The notes: generated by a model from the sequence alone, not told the origin. A stretch of 64,000 bases of DNA from the human T2T-CHM13v2.0 reference genome, Homo sapiens (GCF_009914755.1 NC_060932.1), one strand, 5' to 3'; numbered from the stretch's first letter, positions 13,201-37,619 are shown. A program made the numbers and translations.

Positions 13201-13954
13201 ATAGCAGAACCAGAACTTGAATCCTGAGGGGCTAGCTGTGGAGTCTTAACCATTGCACCATACTAAATCACTCTATTTCCTTATCTATAAACAAGAATCT
13301 GATATTACCTCCTTCGAAGGATTGTCAGGAGGACCAGGAGAGAAAGAACGTGAAATGTTTCAGGAAAACATCAAGTGCTGTACAGAGTGTCAGTTTCTTC
13401 ATGGACTAGTTGGTGTCTAAGTCCTCTTCAGCCCCAGGACCCTGATTCCTCCTGTAGATCTAAATCTTTATAGAAGCCTTTTGAAGGTTAGAAAAAAAAA
13501 TTATCTCTCTGACTCAAAGGGAATATATTATCCTTAAGGAACAGCAGACAGCACTTGGTAGATAGGAAAGTCCTGCCTGAGTCCCCCTCAAATCAACACT
13601 TAGGGTGGTGGCTGTGGCCCTGAATATTCAACAATCTCAGTTAGGGTACAATGAGAGTCCTGTTCATGTCCCTGGTCTACTTGTGAGGTAGCTCCCCTGT
13701 TATCCTATTATATATTAGGAAGATTTCAGGCTGAGAAAGAGAAAGTGGGAATGTAGTGTTGAAGCTGTGGTCTGAAGCCTTTAACAGGCTGATCTGGACA
13801 CCGTGAGAGTGATAAGGAAATGGTGGGTGCTCTAGCTGAGTTCCTACTGAAATGAGGGACCAGGGAACACTAGCATCTCAGCAGCCAGAGGAGCTTCCTC
13901 ACTCCTGTTCAGAGGAAAGATGATGCAACCCTTCTCCACACTCCCCATTGCAAC

Positions 13955-15035
13955 AGACCATCATCATTATCATCACTAGCATCATCGCCATCATCATCAT
14001 CCTCATCATCATCATCATCCTCATCATCATCACCATCACCAGCATCATCACCATCATCATCATCATTCCCATCATCATCATCATCACCATCACCAGCATC
14101 ACCATCACCAGCATCACCATCATCACCATCATCACCATCACTAGCATCATCACCAGCATCATCACCATCATCATTTCCATCATCCTCATCATCATCACCA
14201 TCATCAGCATCACCAGCATCATCATCATTGCCATCACCAGCATAATCATCACCATCATCATCACCATCATCACCAGCATAATCACCATCATCATCATCAT
14301 CACCATCATCATCATCCCATCATCATCACCATCATCGCCATCCCTATCATCATTATCACCAGCATCATCATCACCAACATCATCATCACCAGCATCATCA
14401 TCACCAGCATCATCATCACCAGTGTCATCATGGCGATGATCATCATCCCCATCATATCACCATCATCATCACTATTATCATCCCCATCATCATCATCACC
14501 ACACCATCATCACCATCATCATTATTATCACCATCATCATCATCCCCATCATCATCACCATCATCACCATCACTAGTTTCATCACCATCTCTAGTTTCAT
14601 CATCACCAGCATCATCTTCATCATCATCAGCAGCAGCAGCATCACCATTATCATCATCACCATCATCATCATCCCCTCATCATCATCACCATCATCATCG
14701 TCCCCATCATCATCACCACCATCATCGCCATCAGCAGCCTTATCACCATCGTCATCAGCACCATCATCATCACCATCATCATCATCACCATCATCCCCAT
14801 CATCATCCCCATCATCATCACCAGCATCATCACCAGCATCACCATCCCCAGCATCATCATCCCCATCATTACCATCCCCATCATCACCATCCCCATTATC
14901 ATCATCCCCATCATTACCATCCCCATCATCATCATCCCCATCATCATCATCCCCATCATCATCACCAGCATCACCATCACCAGCATCATTATCATCATCA
15001 TCATCACCATCAGCAGCAGCAGCATCACAATCACC
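13955..15035. repeat. ~1.1 kb imperfect (CAT)n trinucleotide array with CAC/CAG/CCC/CCT variant units
   Basis: Read directly from the sequence. It produces the poly-Ile/Ser, poly-Met and poly-Asp ORFs in the track. Confidence 0.97.
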
Positions 15036-15152
15036 ACTCACTGACCAGATTCTTTGCTGTGCTCCAAGCACTGCTGATCATATAACCAAACATTGATTTC
15101 TCATAACAAAAGCATTGATGGCCCTGTTTTCCATATGAGGAAGCCAAGGCTG

Positions 15153-15565
15153 TGCTATAGTTTGGATGTTTGTCTTCTCCGAACCTCTGTTGAAATTTGA
15201 TCCCCAAAGCTGGAAGTGAGGCCTAATGAGAGGTCTTTGGGCCGCGGAGGTGGCTCCCTTATGAAGGGACAATTAATGCCCTCCCTTGCGGGTGAGTGAG
15301 TTTTCACTCCTAGTTCCCACTAGAAATGGTTGTTAGGAAGAGCCAGGCCCCTCCCCTCTCTCTTGCTTCCTCTCTCGCTGTATGATCTCTTCACACGCCA
15401 GCTCTTCTTCCCCTCCCACCATGACTGGAAGCAGCCTGAGGCCTTCCCCAGATGCAGATGTTGGCATCACACTTTCTGTAGAACTGTGAGCCAAATAAAC
15501 ATTTTTTCTTTATAAATGACCCAGCCTCAGGTATTCCTTTATAGCAACATGAACAGACCAAGACA
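15153..15565 (+). mobile_element. MaLR solo LTR (MST-type)
   Basis: TGCTATAGTTTG...AGACA termini, AATAAA near the 3' end, and a near-identical 5-bp TSD (GGCTG/GGCCG). Interrupts a MIR. Confidence 0.85.
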
Positions 15566-16369
15566 GGCCGTCTGTGTTTAAGTGACTTCCCCCAGGTCAC
15601 ATTCTGATGGAGCGGAGTCAGAATTCAGGCCCAAGCTGCCTAATGCAAGGCCTGACCTAAAAGGAACCATCAGGTGACCGATTTTGACAGTGACTCAGCC
15701 AGTTCTCCTGAGTGTAGAAGTATTAGTAACCTGAGTTAGACACATAAAATAATATCCCCAGGCAGGCAACCAAAGGGCCAACCTATTCCTCCAAAGTGAT
15801 AGAAACAGAACCCACAGTGACCCACACACAGCATCAAGAGACAAGACAAAAGACTGCCCCACTGTGGTCCCCAGAGAGCCACCTCCTCTACTGCAGCCAC
15901 ACCCCTCACTGAGGTGTCCCTGCTGGGTTCCCACCATTCATTCTCAGGCTCTTCTCGTCATTTCTTGGGAGCCACATAATCCGGCACACACCCACAAAGG
16001 GGGTCACTACCCCATGGGTGAGGACAGTTGGTCACTCAGCATGCAGGGAAGTGGTGTGGGGAGTGAGTCCGAACTCTAGCACAGGAGACAGCCCCAGTTC
16101 TTCATTTTTTTATATAGGGATGCTTATTACTCAAGGAAATTCTGTATTTCAGTGGGGCCTTTTTATTTAGCTGCTAAGTGAAGGGGAATGGAGTCCATTT
16201 TTATATCTTTGCTGCTTTCTTCCCTAAGATTTCCATCTGGTTCCCAGTCCCATCCTGAGTGTATGCATTTATGCAACTAGACCAACTTGTGTTTTTAAAA
16301 GAAACATTATTAATAATTAATAAAGCTTCCCAAGATAAAAGCTGCCTCTTGAACTAAATAATATAAATA

Positions 16370-16590
16370 GCTAAAACATAATGAGAGCACTGGGCATTCT
16401 TCTAAGCGTATTTAACCCTAAGAACAACTCCATGAGGCAGATGCCATTGTCATCACCATTTTACAGTTAAGAAACTGAGGCACAGAGAGAATGAATAACT
16501 TGATCAAGATCAATGGCTACTAAGCCATGGACCTCAGATTTGAAACAAAACAGTCAATCTTTAGAGACTGTACTTTTACTGCTACTTAGG
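16370..16590. mobile_element. MIR
   Basis: MIR core CCATTTTACAG.T.AGAAACTGAGGCACAGAGA. Confidence 0.7.
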
Positions 16591-17242
16591 ACAAACATCC
16601 TAAATTGAGCGTGGGCCTGGAAGGTTCTGTCCATGTACCATTAATCCCTTTTAGGAAAGAAGGAGCCAACCAGTGTCTACCAGTCCTGACTCCTCTGAGG
16701 GCAGATGGCTGTGGGGTCTCAGCCATCCAGTCCAGTGCCATACCCTATAGGTGTTCAGGTCAAGTTTGATTCAGAAGAGGTTATCCAGGAGCCACGAATA
16801 TAGAGGATAAAACAGAAAGACAAATGGAAAATTAGAATTGCAGAGTGAGAAGGAACTGCCTGGCATTTCCCAACCAATGGGAGGCTTCTTCTGCTCACTC
16901 TCACATTCCCAGACCAGATCACTCCGCAGGAGAGCTGCTGTCCGTTTCCCACTGGGTTCAAGCCGTCTCCCCGGGTGTGTGCACACCAGCCCTGCTCTGC
17001 CATCCAGCGCTACTACACTGAAATTATTCAAGCCCTGCTTCTGTGTGATAGCCCTTCAAATATTTGAGGAGAGCTTTCACTCCTCCCTATGCTTGACCAA
17101 GATAATGTCAGGAGTTCATAGTAAAGGTGAATATTGAGCTCACAGATTCCTAATTTCCTGTCCAAGGTTTACCGATGACAGCAATCTGTCCTTTTCATAA
17201 TTGCATTTTCCAGGGTGGAATTTGAAGAGATAAAAGAGCCTA

Positions 17243-17782
<540 letters not shown>

Positions 17783-18669
17783 TCAGGCCTGCGTGTGGGT
17801 GAGGCCCCTACTGCTCCCTCCTCTGCACTCTCCCACCCAAGGTGGCCACCACCTCACTCCTCCGTGGTGACAGTGCCTTCCACTCCGGAGGGGAAATGGA
17901 AACCCTGGGCTGCATGTGCTCAGTGCCCTCCCTTCTGCACCATTGAAATGTGTCTGCATCCACCCCTTGTTGACGTCTTTGGACCCCACTCCTTCTCACC
18001 TCCTCAGAAAAACCGGGCTGCCAGAGAGCTCTGCTCTCACTGCGTCCCCATGGTGTGCCTGTCACCAGCTCCTCCAGCCTGTTACTTCCGGGTGCAGCCC
18101 TACTGCACTCCAAATTCTCTTGCCACCACGGAACCTACGGACGCACTTGGATCTGACTCCCTGGACCTTTTGACCTGGTGGTGTATCTCCCCGGTTCCTG
18201 AGACCCCACTCTCCCTGCTCTCCTCCCAGCTCCTGAATGCTTTCTACAGGACTCACTAATAAAAACTTCTGCCTGGGCTCTTTTTCAGTTTATACCTTCT
18301 TCCTCTATGATCTTAGCCTTGGCTTCCACTACCACCCACATGCCTGGATCTATAACTCCAGCTTTGACCTCTCTCAGAAGACTGAGGCAAGAAGTCTGCC
18401 CAGTGTACCATCAGAAGTCACCTCCTGGCTCCTCAATCCCCAGTTAACCCAGGCAGAAACCTGGGCTTCCCAGAGAGCCCCCCTTCCTCTCCTTTACAGC
18501 CCCCAGTCTTCTTACTCACTAGATTTCAGAGGCTTTCTTCAAAACCAGTTCTCAAATTTGCACATGCACTCACATCACCTAAGGATCTTATGAAAATTCG
18601 GACTCTGATTCAACTGCTATGGATAGATTGCAGCCACGGCTCATGGTCCTCTCCCCTGCGTGTATACTA

Positions 18670-18988
<319 letters not shown>

Positions 18989-19119
18989 ATGTATACAATT
19001 TACACACGTGCCTCTGTGAGCACCCCCAGCCCAAGCCCACATTTCCAGCTCCCCATGTGCTCTCTCTTACCTCCCCTGTCAGTGCCCCTCCAAAAAAGGC
19101 AACCTTTTTTGGTTTTGAC

Positions 19120-19370
19120 CTTTAGCACACTGGCAACCAGCCCATCCTGATGCCATCCAGAGCCCACCAAGAGTCACCTCATTAGAACAAAAGATGCTCC
19201 GATCACCTAGGAACTCCCAAGGGATTAGGAGCTCTGTGTCAGGAACCAGGGTCAAAGGGCAAATATTAGAACAAAAGATTCTTCCAGCACCCCTTTCTAC
19301 AGCAGTATTAGGAGCTGTATGTCAGAAACCAGAGCCAGATAACAATGTACATATTTCTTATTATTTCGCA
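19120..19370 (-). mobile_element. MER21-like LTR fragment
   Basis: Contains GATGCTCC.ATCAC..AGGAA.TCCCAAGGG.TTAGGAGCTCTGTG.CAGGAACC, with an internal duplication of ATTAGAACAAAAGAT...TTAGGAGCT. Family assigned by recall. Confidence 0.6.
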
Positions 19371-19667
19371 GTGGTATTTTCCTAATCCCACTCCACCCAT
19401 GAGCTCCTCCACATTCCCTTTCCATGCCAGTTTCCTTCCAGTCGCTTCTGAGGGACGTCCCTCCCCACCAGGGTGAGTCTGCAGGCCCGGCCTTACATAG
19501 AGCCATCATTGGTGCCTAAGTCCCATCTTCCAAGCCACGTGTCTGTGCTGCACATGGACACTGGCGTCCACCGGCTCACCTCAGACATCACTCCCCTCTC
19601 GCTCCACGGCCACTGCCCCTCCCCCGGGCCCTCCACTGTTGTCCCCTGGGCTTTGGCTGTCACCCAC

Positions 19668-20199
19668 TGAAACCGTGCCCCAGAGCTTAGAAAAAAAAAC
19701 CTAATGACTAATAGAAATGCTTGAGTTTTCAGGATAGCAGATAAGAAAAGACAACTTCCGGAAACACTGAAACTCCCTCTGCTTATGAGATTTTAAAACC
19801 GGCTGCAATTGGTTGGAACCAATATGGCCAACTAAGTCTGCACAGAGCCCGCCTGCTAATTGTCATAGCCTGAATTTCTACTGCATATGTCACACTAACT
19901 TCCCCAGAATTTGCACATGGGACCCATGAGGAGGCATGAAGAGACAACTGCACGGGTGCAAGAACTTTCCAGACCTCCTTTTTCAAAACTCCACCAATCA
20001 CCTACTAATCCCAGAATCCACTCCTAAACCTTTTCTAATAAAATTCCTGCCTTAAAGCCAGCACAGGGAGACAGATGTGAGCTGGACTCCTGTCTCCTTG
20101 TTAGCCCACCAGCAATCAAAACTTTCTTTTCTCAAAAGCCCAGTGTCAGAGCACTGGCTTCTTGCACGTTGGGCTGAGAGTCTCCTTTGTTTGGTAACC
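19668..20199 (+). mobile_element. ERV1-class solo LTR (family uncertain)
   Basis: TGAAACC... start, ...GGTAAC(c) end, 4-bp flanks CCAC/CCAT, internal CCAAT boxes and AATAAA. Confidence 0.7.
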
Positions 20200-20334
20200 C
20201 CATCAGCCAAACCCCCTGTCTCTGTGTGTCACTGTAGGGCGGCCGCCTCACCTCCTAAACCTCCCCACACACCTCACCCCTTGCTGTGGCAGCCTGTCAG
20301 GGAGTCGGGGGGAGGACAACGGAGATGTCTCCCA

Positions 20335-20708
20335 GGCGTGGAGGCTGGAAGTCAAGGTCAAGGTCACTCCTCACCACTGCAAGGGAGCATCTGTCCCAGG
20401 CCTCCCTGCTTGCTCCTCATGGCTCAGGTGCTCCTTGGCTTGGAGATGGAAGCCTGTGTCTTCTCCCTGCATCTCCCCATCAGATTCCCTTGATGCGTCT
20501 GTCCCTGTGTCCAAATGTCCCCTTAAAAGGACACCAGTCACATTGGATGAAGGCCCACATTAATGACATCTCAATTTGATCAACAAAGACACTTTTTCCA
20601 AATTATATGTTACACACCGAGTTAAGTGACTGGTTCCAAGGTGATGGTCTCAGGTTCTGGGAGTTGGGACTGTAGCATTTTTGGGAGGGCCACAATTCAA
20701 CCCCTCAC
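20335..20708 (-). mobile_element. MLT1 (MaLR) LTR fragment
   Basis: GGAGGCTGGAAGTC.AAG.TCAAGG...AGGACACCAGTCA.ATTGGAT...CACAATTCAACCC motifs. Confidence 0.7.
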
Positions 20709-21639
20709 GCTCTCTTCTCCCCTGAATTAAGCCTTCAGCAACAAGCTTCCTCTCCCCGCCAATAGAGTAAAGAGTCCCTGGGGTGGGTGTCGAGGCTCCT
20801 GGCTCAGCCCCTCCCTGGCTTCTAGTCTCATCCCCCGATGCCCTCATGCCAGCCGGGGAAGAGGCCTTGCTGACCCCAACCCAGCCATGTATGAAGCTCC
20901 ACATGCATCAACTCAGACCCCCTCCCTCCCCTGCAGGTCTCCCTGTCCTCCAAGGGTCATGGGCTGCAGAGCCATCCCCAAATGGCCCTGCTGGAACCCA
21001 GAACCCATCGGGCAGATGCCCCCTTCTGTGAGGACACCCATCGCAAGTCAGTCTTGTGCCTGCCCCCCTCCCTCGGTGCCCTTCAGTCTTGCCTGTCATT
21101 CACCAATCACTCCTGGAGCCCCTGCCAGGTGCCAGGCACCAACTGGGCTCTGAGTTTGTTGTCCCACTCAACCGCCACAGCCAGCGGGTCTCAGGAGGCA
21201 CGCTGCAGAGCACAGTTGAGCGGCCAGCCCTGATGTCGCCTGAGCACTCTCCTTGGGACTTGGCCCTGCTGGACTGTCTGTGCACAGGATGGACAGGAGT
21301 CACAGAACCCCCATCCCAGCCCAGGGCCCAGTGGGGACTACAGCAGCTCAGGTCGGGAGGAGGGAGATGAGTCAGCCTAGGAGCCGAGGCACTTAGGCTC
21401 AGATTCAGTCCCCAGAACCAGGTCACGCGGCCAGCTGGAGGGAGTGGGGTGTGGAGTGGGGTCGGGAGGGGCTGACACCTCCACTCCTTGGTCTCCAGGA
21501 CCCAGAGCACCTAGCACAGTGCTCCAGGGTAGGCACCAGTGCGTGTGCACTGCACAGAGAGTCTGCAGAGGCGAGACAGGGAAAGGAGCCATGCACCTAG
21601 TCCATCTCCTCACTTAACAATTCCCTCCCGTCTCCTAAA

Positions 21640-21765
21640 ACCTCTATAATCCCAGCACTTTGGAGGCCAATTCGGAGGATGGCTTGAGGCCAGGAGTTCC
21701 AGACCAGCCTGGACAATATAGCAAGACCACATTGCTCCAAAAAATTGAAAGCAAAACAAAAAAAA
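21640..21765 (+). mobile_element. Alu left monomer (FLAM-like)
   Basis: Single Alu arm with an A-rich tail. Confidence 0.75.
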
Positions 21766-22792
21766 CCTTTGCTGTTTTCACTTCTTCTCCCAATTTTTAG
21801 CCTTAGCTGCCTCTGATTCCTTGCCTCCTGCTCTCTCACCCTCATCAGGCCTCCACCCATGGCTGCAGAGGCCATGTTCAGTCCTATCTGACTCAGCCCA
21901 TCAGCAGCGTTCAACAGAGCTGGTCACTGGCCGCTCCCCCATCTCCAGCACAGCGCACCCTTGGTGCCTGAGACCCACCTTGGCTGGTTCTCCTGTGACC
22001 TTTCCGGCTGCTCCTTCTCACTCCCTGCCTTTGAGTACTGGGCATCCCAGGGCACTGTCCCCGCACCCCGTTCCTTCCTGCACCTACTCTCAATGCTCTC
22101 ACCATCTGGTGGTTTAGACACATCCATCAGCTGGCCACTCCCACCTGCACATCTTCATGCCGCACCCTCCCTGAAGTTCAGTGGCCAGCTACCGTCTTCA
22201 CACCTGCACCTGGATTTCCAACCCACTTCTCTGACCTAACACGCCCAGAGCTGAGTCTTACCTCTGGCTCCTCCCACTATCTCATGTATCCTAGGCCACG
22301 CCAGCTTCATGCCTCCAGTTGCTCAGAGCAAAACACAGTTCTCCTAACTCTTCTCTCATATCCCACATGTGATCTGTCAGCCAGTCCCACTAACTCCACC
22401 TTCCAATTGCATCCGGAACTCAGCCCTCTGCCCTGCCCTTGTTCACACCACCATCCTGTCTCTCTTGAAGTGTAGACAACCCACTAACTCATTCCTGTTT
22501 CCCCCTTGTCTACATGATGCCTGTTCCAATTAGCAGCCAGAGTGATTCTGCTCAAATTAGATGAAACCGTGTCTCACTCCTCTGTTCAAAACCCTCCAAC
22601 ACTTGCCCATCTCAGAGTAAAAGCCAAAGCTGCCCCTGCCACCTCCTGGCTCTCTAACCCACCTGCTGCCCTGCTGGCTGTCTGGGCACCTCCTGCCTCA
22701 GGGCCTTTGCACCTGCTGTCTGCTGCCCCACACCCTCTGCCTGGCACATTCCCTCACTTCCCTCTGAGCATCACCCAAAAGTTAACTTTCTG

Positions 22793-23108
22793 TTTTCTTT
22801 TTTCTTTTTTTTTTTTTTTTTTTTGAGATGGAGTCTTGCTCTGTCACCCAGACTCCAGTCTGCAAGGCCGCGATCTTGGCTCACTGCAACCGCCACCTCC
22901 CGGGTTCAAGCCATTCTCCTATCTCAGTCTCCAGAGTAGCTGGGACTACAAGCACCTGCCATCACGCCCAGCTAATGTTTGTATATTTAGTAGAGACTGG
23001 GTTTTGCCATGTTAGCCACACTGGTCTCAAACTCCTGACCTCAGGTGATCTGCCCGCTTCGGCCTTCCAAAGTGCTGGGATTGCAGGCATGAACCACCGC
23101 GCCCGGCC
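22793..23108 (-). mobile_element. Alu (AluS-like)
   Basis: Reverse Alu flanked by the CCCAAAAGTTA direct repeat. Confidence 0.92.
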
Positions 23109-23134
23109 CCAAAAGTTAGCTTTCACAGCGAGCT

Positions 23135-23516
23135 CTTTCTATTGGTCTGCTTGGGCTTCCATAACAAAGTACCACAGCCCGGGTGCCTGAAACCTCAGAC
23201 GTCCGTTTTCTCACAATTCTGGGTGTGAGAAATCTGGGATCAAGGTGTCAGCAGGGCTGGCTTCCCCTGAGGCCTCCCCCTCTTTGGCTTGCAGAGGCTG
23301 TCTCCTCCCTGTGCCTCCCCGTGGCCTTTCCCCTGTGCATACAGGTCCTAATCTTGTCTCATAGGACACCAGTCCTATTGCATTAGGACCTACCCTAATA
23401 ATGCCATTTAATCGAATCACCTCCTTAAAGGCCTTGTGTGCAAATACAGTCACATTCTGACGGGTAGGGGTGAGGATCTCGACATGTATTTTTGGGGGGG
23501 CAGTTCGCATGTAACA
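23135..23516 (-). mobile_element. MLT1A/B-type MaLR LTR
   Basis: CATAACAAAGTACCACAG...TCTCACAATTCTGG...ATCAAGGTGTCAGCAGG...CAAATACAGTCACATTCTGA. Confidence 0.75.
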
Positions 23517-25088
23517 GCCTCCCTTACCCCTGCCCCATTACCTTCCATCTGGCGTGCCTCAGCTCCCCTTCCCACTTGGGTTTTGCTCCTCCAGCACTCA
23601 TCACTGTCTGTCTGTCACACTGCGCATTTTAATTATGCATAGAATTCCTGGCCTGTGTCCCCTGCTGCAGTATGAGCCCCAGGAGGGTAGGGAGTCTTGT
23701 CTGTTTCACTTTCTGCCTTATCCGCCGTGCCTTTAACAGAGCCTGGTAAGGCAGCCACTATCTTAATATAACATAATTAACATCTATAGTTAATGTATAT
23801 TGACTTGATAAATTAAAGCCACAGCTGTTTTTGCAAGGCCTCTGGAGCATCCTGATGTTCCTATTTTTTTCTTTATTCTTCTGGAAGATTTTTCTGTGAG
23901 CTCTGAACATGGACTCATCCTTGGAAACACTCATCACGGTCATTCATGCCACGCTTTTGCTCGTTCATTTGCAGGCTGCTTCCTCCCTGTCACTTTCTTC
24001 CTCCTCCCAACTGCGAAACAGCCTTTTCATTTCTTAACCATTTGTGGCTCCAGAAGGCAAATCGTTTTCTTCCCTCCTGCCCTTCTGTTTGGTATTTAAA
24101 AACACACCCTGAGAGGCATAAATGCAGATTTTTTTTTTCCTCCAGTGAATTTTCTGTAACCATGGGCCTCGCTTTAAGAAGACTCAACAGATAACAAGTG
24201 TAAATGCCGAAAACATCAACGAAAGGCAGAGGGCCAAAGGGAAGGGTGATGGTTTTACTAAAAGGTCTTTTTTCTTTATTTTTAAAAATTCAATGTGCAT
24301 TTCCTTAGTGGTGGTTTTCCTTTTGTGCTCATAAAATGTGATTTGACTTACAAATTGTAATTCCTGTAATACCATTTAGAGCATTTATACTACATCAAGG
24401 TAGATACAGCTGTCCTGGCATTTCTTTGGTAAAATGCTTACAAATACTTTGGGCTTTTCTTGACCTTCTCATTTTTCCCTCCCAGAGTTTCCGATTGCCG
24501 CTATGGGCTCCTAGCTTTGCCCTCAAGGGCTGGTGTGAGCCCCGAGCGGCCAAGTGGTGGCTCCAGGGAAGGGGAGAAGTCAGGGGAGGGAGGAATCTTC
24601 CTCCCAGATCAGCCCACAGAAACCCCTGTGCCCATCACACACGCCTGAGCTCCCAGTCCCCTGGGTGTCCCTCGCAGCTTCCTTCGAGTCCAGCTGTGAC
24701 AGAGGGAAAGGGAAAGACACACCACAGAAGGGGGTTCCAAAGACTTCACAGCCAGGCCCCCTCATTTCTCAGTGAGAAGGAGCAGAATGAAAGTGCACGC
24801 AGAGGGCAAGGAGGTGGTGCAGGCCCAGAGAATTTAAGAGACGGCACAGGCATGCAGAGGCAGAGGTACCATCCTTCATCCGTGTGCTGACTGAACACAT
24901 CTGTTGCATAGCCCGGTGCACAGAAACGTGTCGGGGGTGGGGGAATTCAGCATCTATGCTGCCACCAGTTGCTTAACAGGAAAAAACCCAGGAGGTTACA
25001 GGAAAAAGTGAAAAGTGGTTTGCATTAGCCTATAGACATAATGACACATCCCTGAAATGGAGTACTATGAAGCCTTTAAGAGAACAAG

Positions 25089-25500
<412 letters not shown>

Positions 25501-25641
25501 TCATAGACAGCCGTGTCTGTCTCTGCTGAGATAACACGTGGGAACTGTCTGCCATGGGGAAGGGAACAGAGGAGTTGGGGCAGAGAGAGGAATTAAACTT
25601 TCCATTGTATGTATGTCCTGTATGCAGTTCTGATTCTCTGA

Positions 25642-26182
<541 letters not shown>

Positions 26183-26472
26183 TAGCCACGAACCCTTTAG
26201 ACCCCCAGCCCCACGATGAGGGCTGTCTCTTAGAAATGATTATGAATAAACTGGTTCCTGGCACTCCTTTGTTGGCTCTCCTTCTTCACTTAAAAAAAAT
26301 ATATATAGCAACCTATATATAACACAAATATTTACCGTTTTCACTATTTTTAGATGCACAGTTCAGGGGCATTAACTACATTCACATTGTTGTGCAACTA
26401 TCAAAACCATCCACCTCCAGAACCTTCTCCTCTTGCCAAACTGCAGCTCTGTTCCTGTTAATGGTAACTCCC

Positions 26473-28075
<1,603 letters not shown>

Positions 28076-28757
28076 TCTGTCTCTTGAATTTGCCTATTCC
28101 AGGTACCTCTTATAAGTGGAATCGTGCAACATTTGTCTTTTTGTGACTGGCTTCTTTCACTTAGCATAATGTCTCCAAGGTGCATCTCTGTTGCAGCATG
28201 TGTCAGAATACCCTTCCTTTTTAAGGCTGAATAATATTCCATTGTGTGGATTGACCATATTCTGTGGTCTGTTCCTCTGTCTGTGGATACTTGTGTTGAT
28301 TTCGCCTTTGGCCATTGTGAAGTAGCCTGCTAGGAACATGGGTGGACAAATGTCTGTGTGAGCCCCTGCTTTCATTCCTTTTGGATATATGCCCAGAAGT
28401 GGAATTGTTGGATCATATGGTAATTCTGTTTAATTTTTTGAGAAACTGCCCCACTGCTTTCCACAGCAGTCATTCAATTTTGCATTCCTACCAACAGAGC
28501 ACAAGGGCTCCAGTTACACTACATCCTCGCCAATACTTACTGTTTTCTGTTTTTTGATAATAGTAAGCCTAATGGGTATGAGGTCATACCTCAATGTGCT
28601 TTTGGTTCATATTTCCCTAAAGATTAGCGATATTGAGCATTTTTTTCATGTCTTTATTGGTTTTTTGTATATCCTATTTGGGGAAATATCTATTCAAGTC
28701 CTTCATCCAATTTCTCTCTCTCTTCCCTTTTTTTTTTTTTTTTTTTTTTTGAGATAG

Positions 28758-29048
<291 letters not shown>

Positions 29049-30499
29049 TGAGTTGTTTGGTTTTTTGTCATTGAGTTGTAAGATTCTTTGTATATTCTAG
29101 ATATTAATCATTTCTCCAAAATGAAACTTGCAAATGTTTTCTTCCATTGTGTGAGTCTCCTTCTCTCTCTGTTCATAGTGTCCTTTGATGCACAAAACGT
29201 TTTTAATCTTGATGAAGTTCAATTTGTCTATTTTCTCTTTTGTTGTGTGAGCTTTTGGTGTCATGTCTGGGAAATCACTGCCAAATTCAGTGTCATGAAA
29301 CTTTTCCCCAATAAGGGCTTTGTAGAGTTCGCTTTCACATTTTGTTTTGTGATCCATTTTGAGTTTCGCGTGTGCGTGTGTGTGTGTGTGTGTGTGGTGT
29401 GAAACAAGATGTGGCTTCATTCTGCATGTGGATATCCAGTTTTCTCAGCATTATTTGTTGAAAAGACTGTCCTTTCCCTGCTGAATGACCTTGGCATCCT
29501 TGTTGAGAATCAGTTGCCCGTCTTCACATGAGGGTTTATTTCTGATCTCTTTCTTCTGTTCCATCAGTCTATATGTCTGTCTTTATGCTGGGACCACACT
29601 CTCTTGTTAGTGTAGGCTTGTAGGAGATTTTCCTTCCCTTCCATCTTGTCCCCTTTCCCTGACTTGGAGATATCCAGGTCTCTCCTGCTGTCCATGCCCC
29701 TCAGCCTCCACCCTCCCCCCATAATCCTATTTATCACCCAGAGCCCCAAGGTAAGACCTTTCTCCCTTATCTGCACCCATTAAAATGCATCTACTTTGCC
29801 TATTTCCCTCAAGTTCACATGACTGATCCAGTGCCGAGTTTATGCTAAGGTGTTGGTGGTAGCCCATGGCTTCATGCACTCACCCTTTTATGTGCCTCTC
29901 CCGGGTCACTCAGCCCAAACAGGCCTAGTCTGCTGGCCACCGCCAGGCTTTCTTCCAGGTATCGGTCTCAGACTCCTGCCCCACCTCACTCCACTCCACC
30001 CTCACCACTGCTTCAAAGGCCGTCTCAGATCTTGACCCCATCTTCCCCCCAAACCTGCAATTCCCCTTCAGTTGCCATCTCTGCCACACCCACCCACCCG
30101 AATGCAAACTCTTTAATTTGGTATTGCGCTGGTATTATACTCAAAATATAACCAGAGCCCTGACCTTCCTTTCACCTCCGTCATGGCTTCCCCGTCCCAG
30201 CCACCATCAAGTCTCACCCAGGTCACCGCAGTAGCCTCTTTGCTGCTCCCGCGTTTCCACCCTGGCCCTCCACACCACAGCACGAGTGACCCTCTTCAGA
30301 TGTAGGACAGACGATAACACTCCTCCACTCAAAATCCCCCAACACATCCCCTCCCCCTGCCAAGGCGTTTCCAATGACTTACTGACTGCCACTGTGAAAC
30401 TGCATAGGAGCCACCTGACACTCAGCAGCTGGCACAGGTGTTTAGTGGGCCATCCAGGGGCCTGCAGACAGATGGTGTGACCACCAGGCAGGGCTCAGG

Positions 30500-34448
<3,949 letters not shown>

Positions 34449-34704
34449 TTTTTAAATAGATTTCTAGCACATTCACATTATAGTCAGAAGACTTACTCTG
34501 TGTGATTTCAATCTTTTCATATTTGTTGAAATATGTTTTATTGCTGTATGTATGGTCAATTTTTAAAGATATTGCATATTTTGTTATGTTTTATATTTGT
34601 CCATTAGGACAATTTTACTACACCTGTTCAATTCTTTTATATCATGATTGATTTGTCTGCTATTCTGTCATACACCTAGAAGAGTCAGCAAAATCTCCCA
34701 CTAT

Positions 34705-37610
<2,906 letters not shown>

Positions 37611-37619
37611 TTTTTTTTA

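Noticed and set aside
13899-15071. Poly-Met, poly-Asp/Gly and poly-Ile/Ser ORFs
   Set aside because: Automatic consequence of a (CAT)n array lacking stops in most frames. No splice or promoter evidence.
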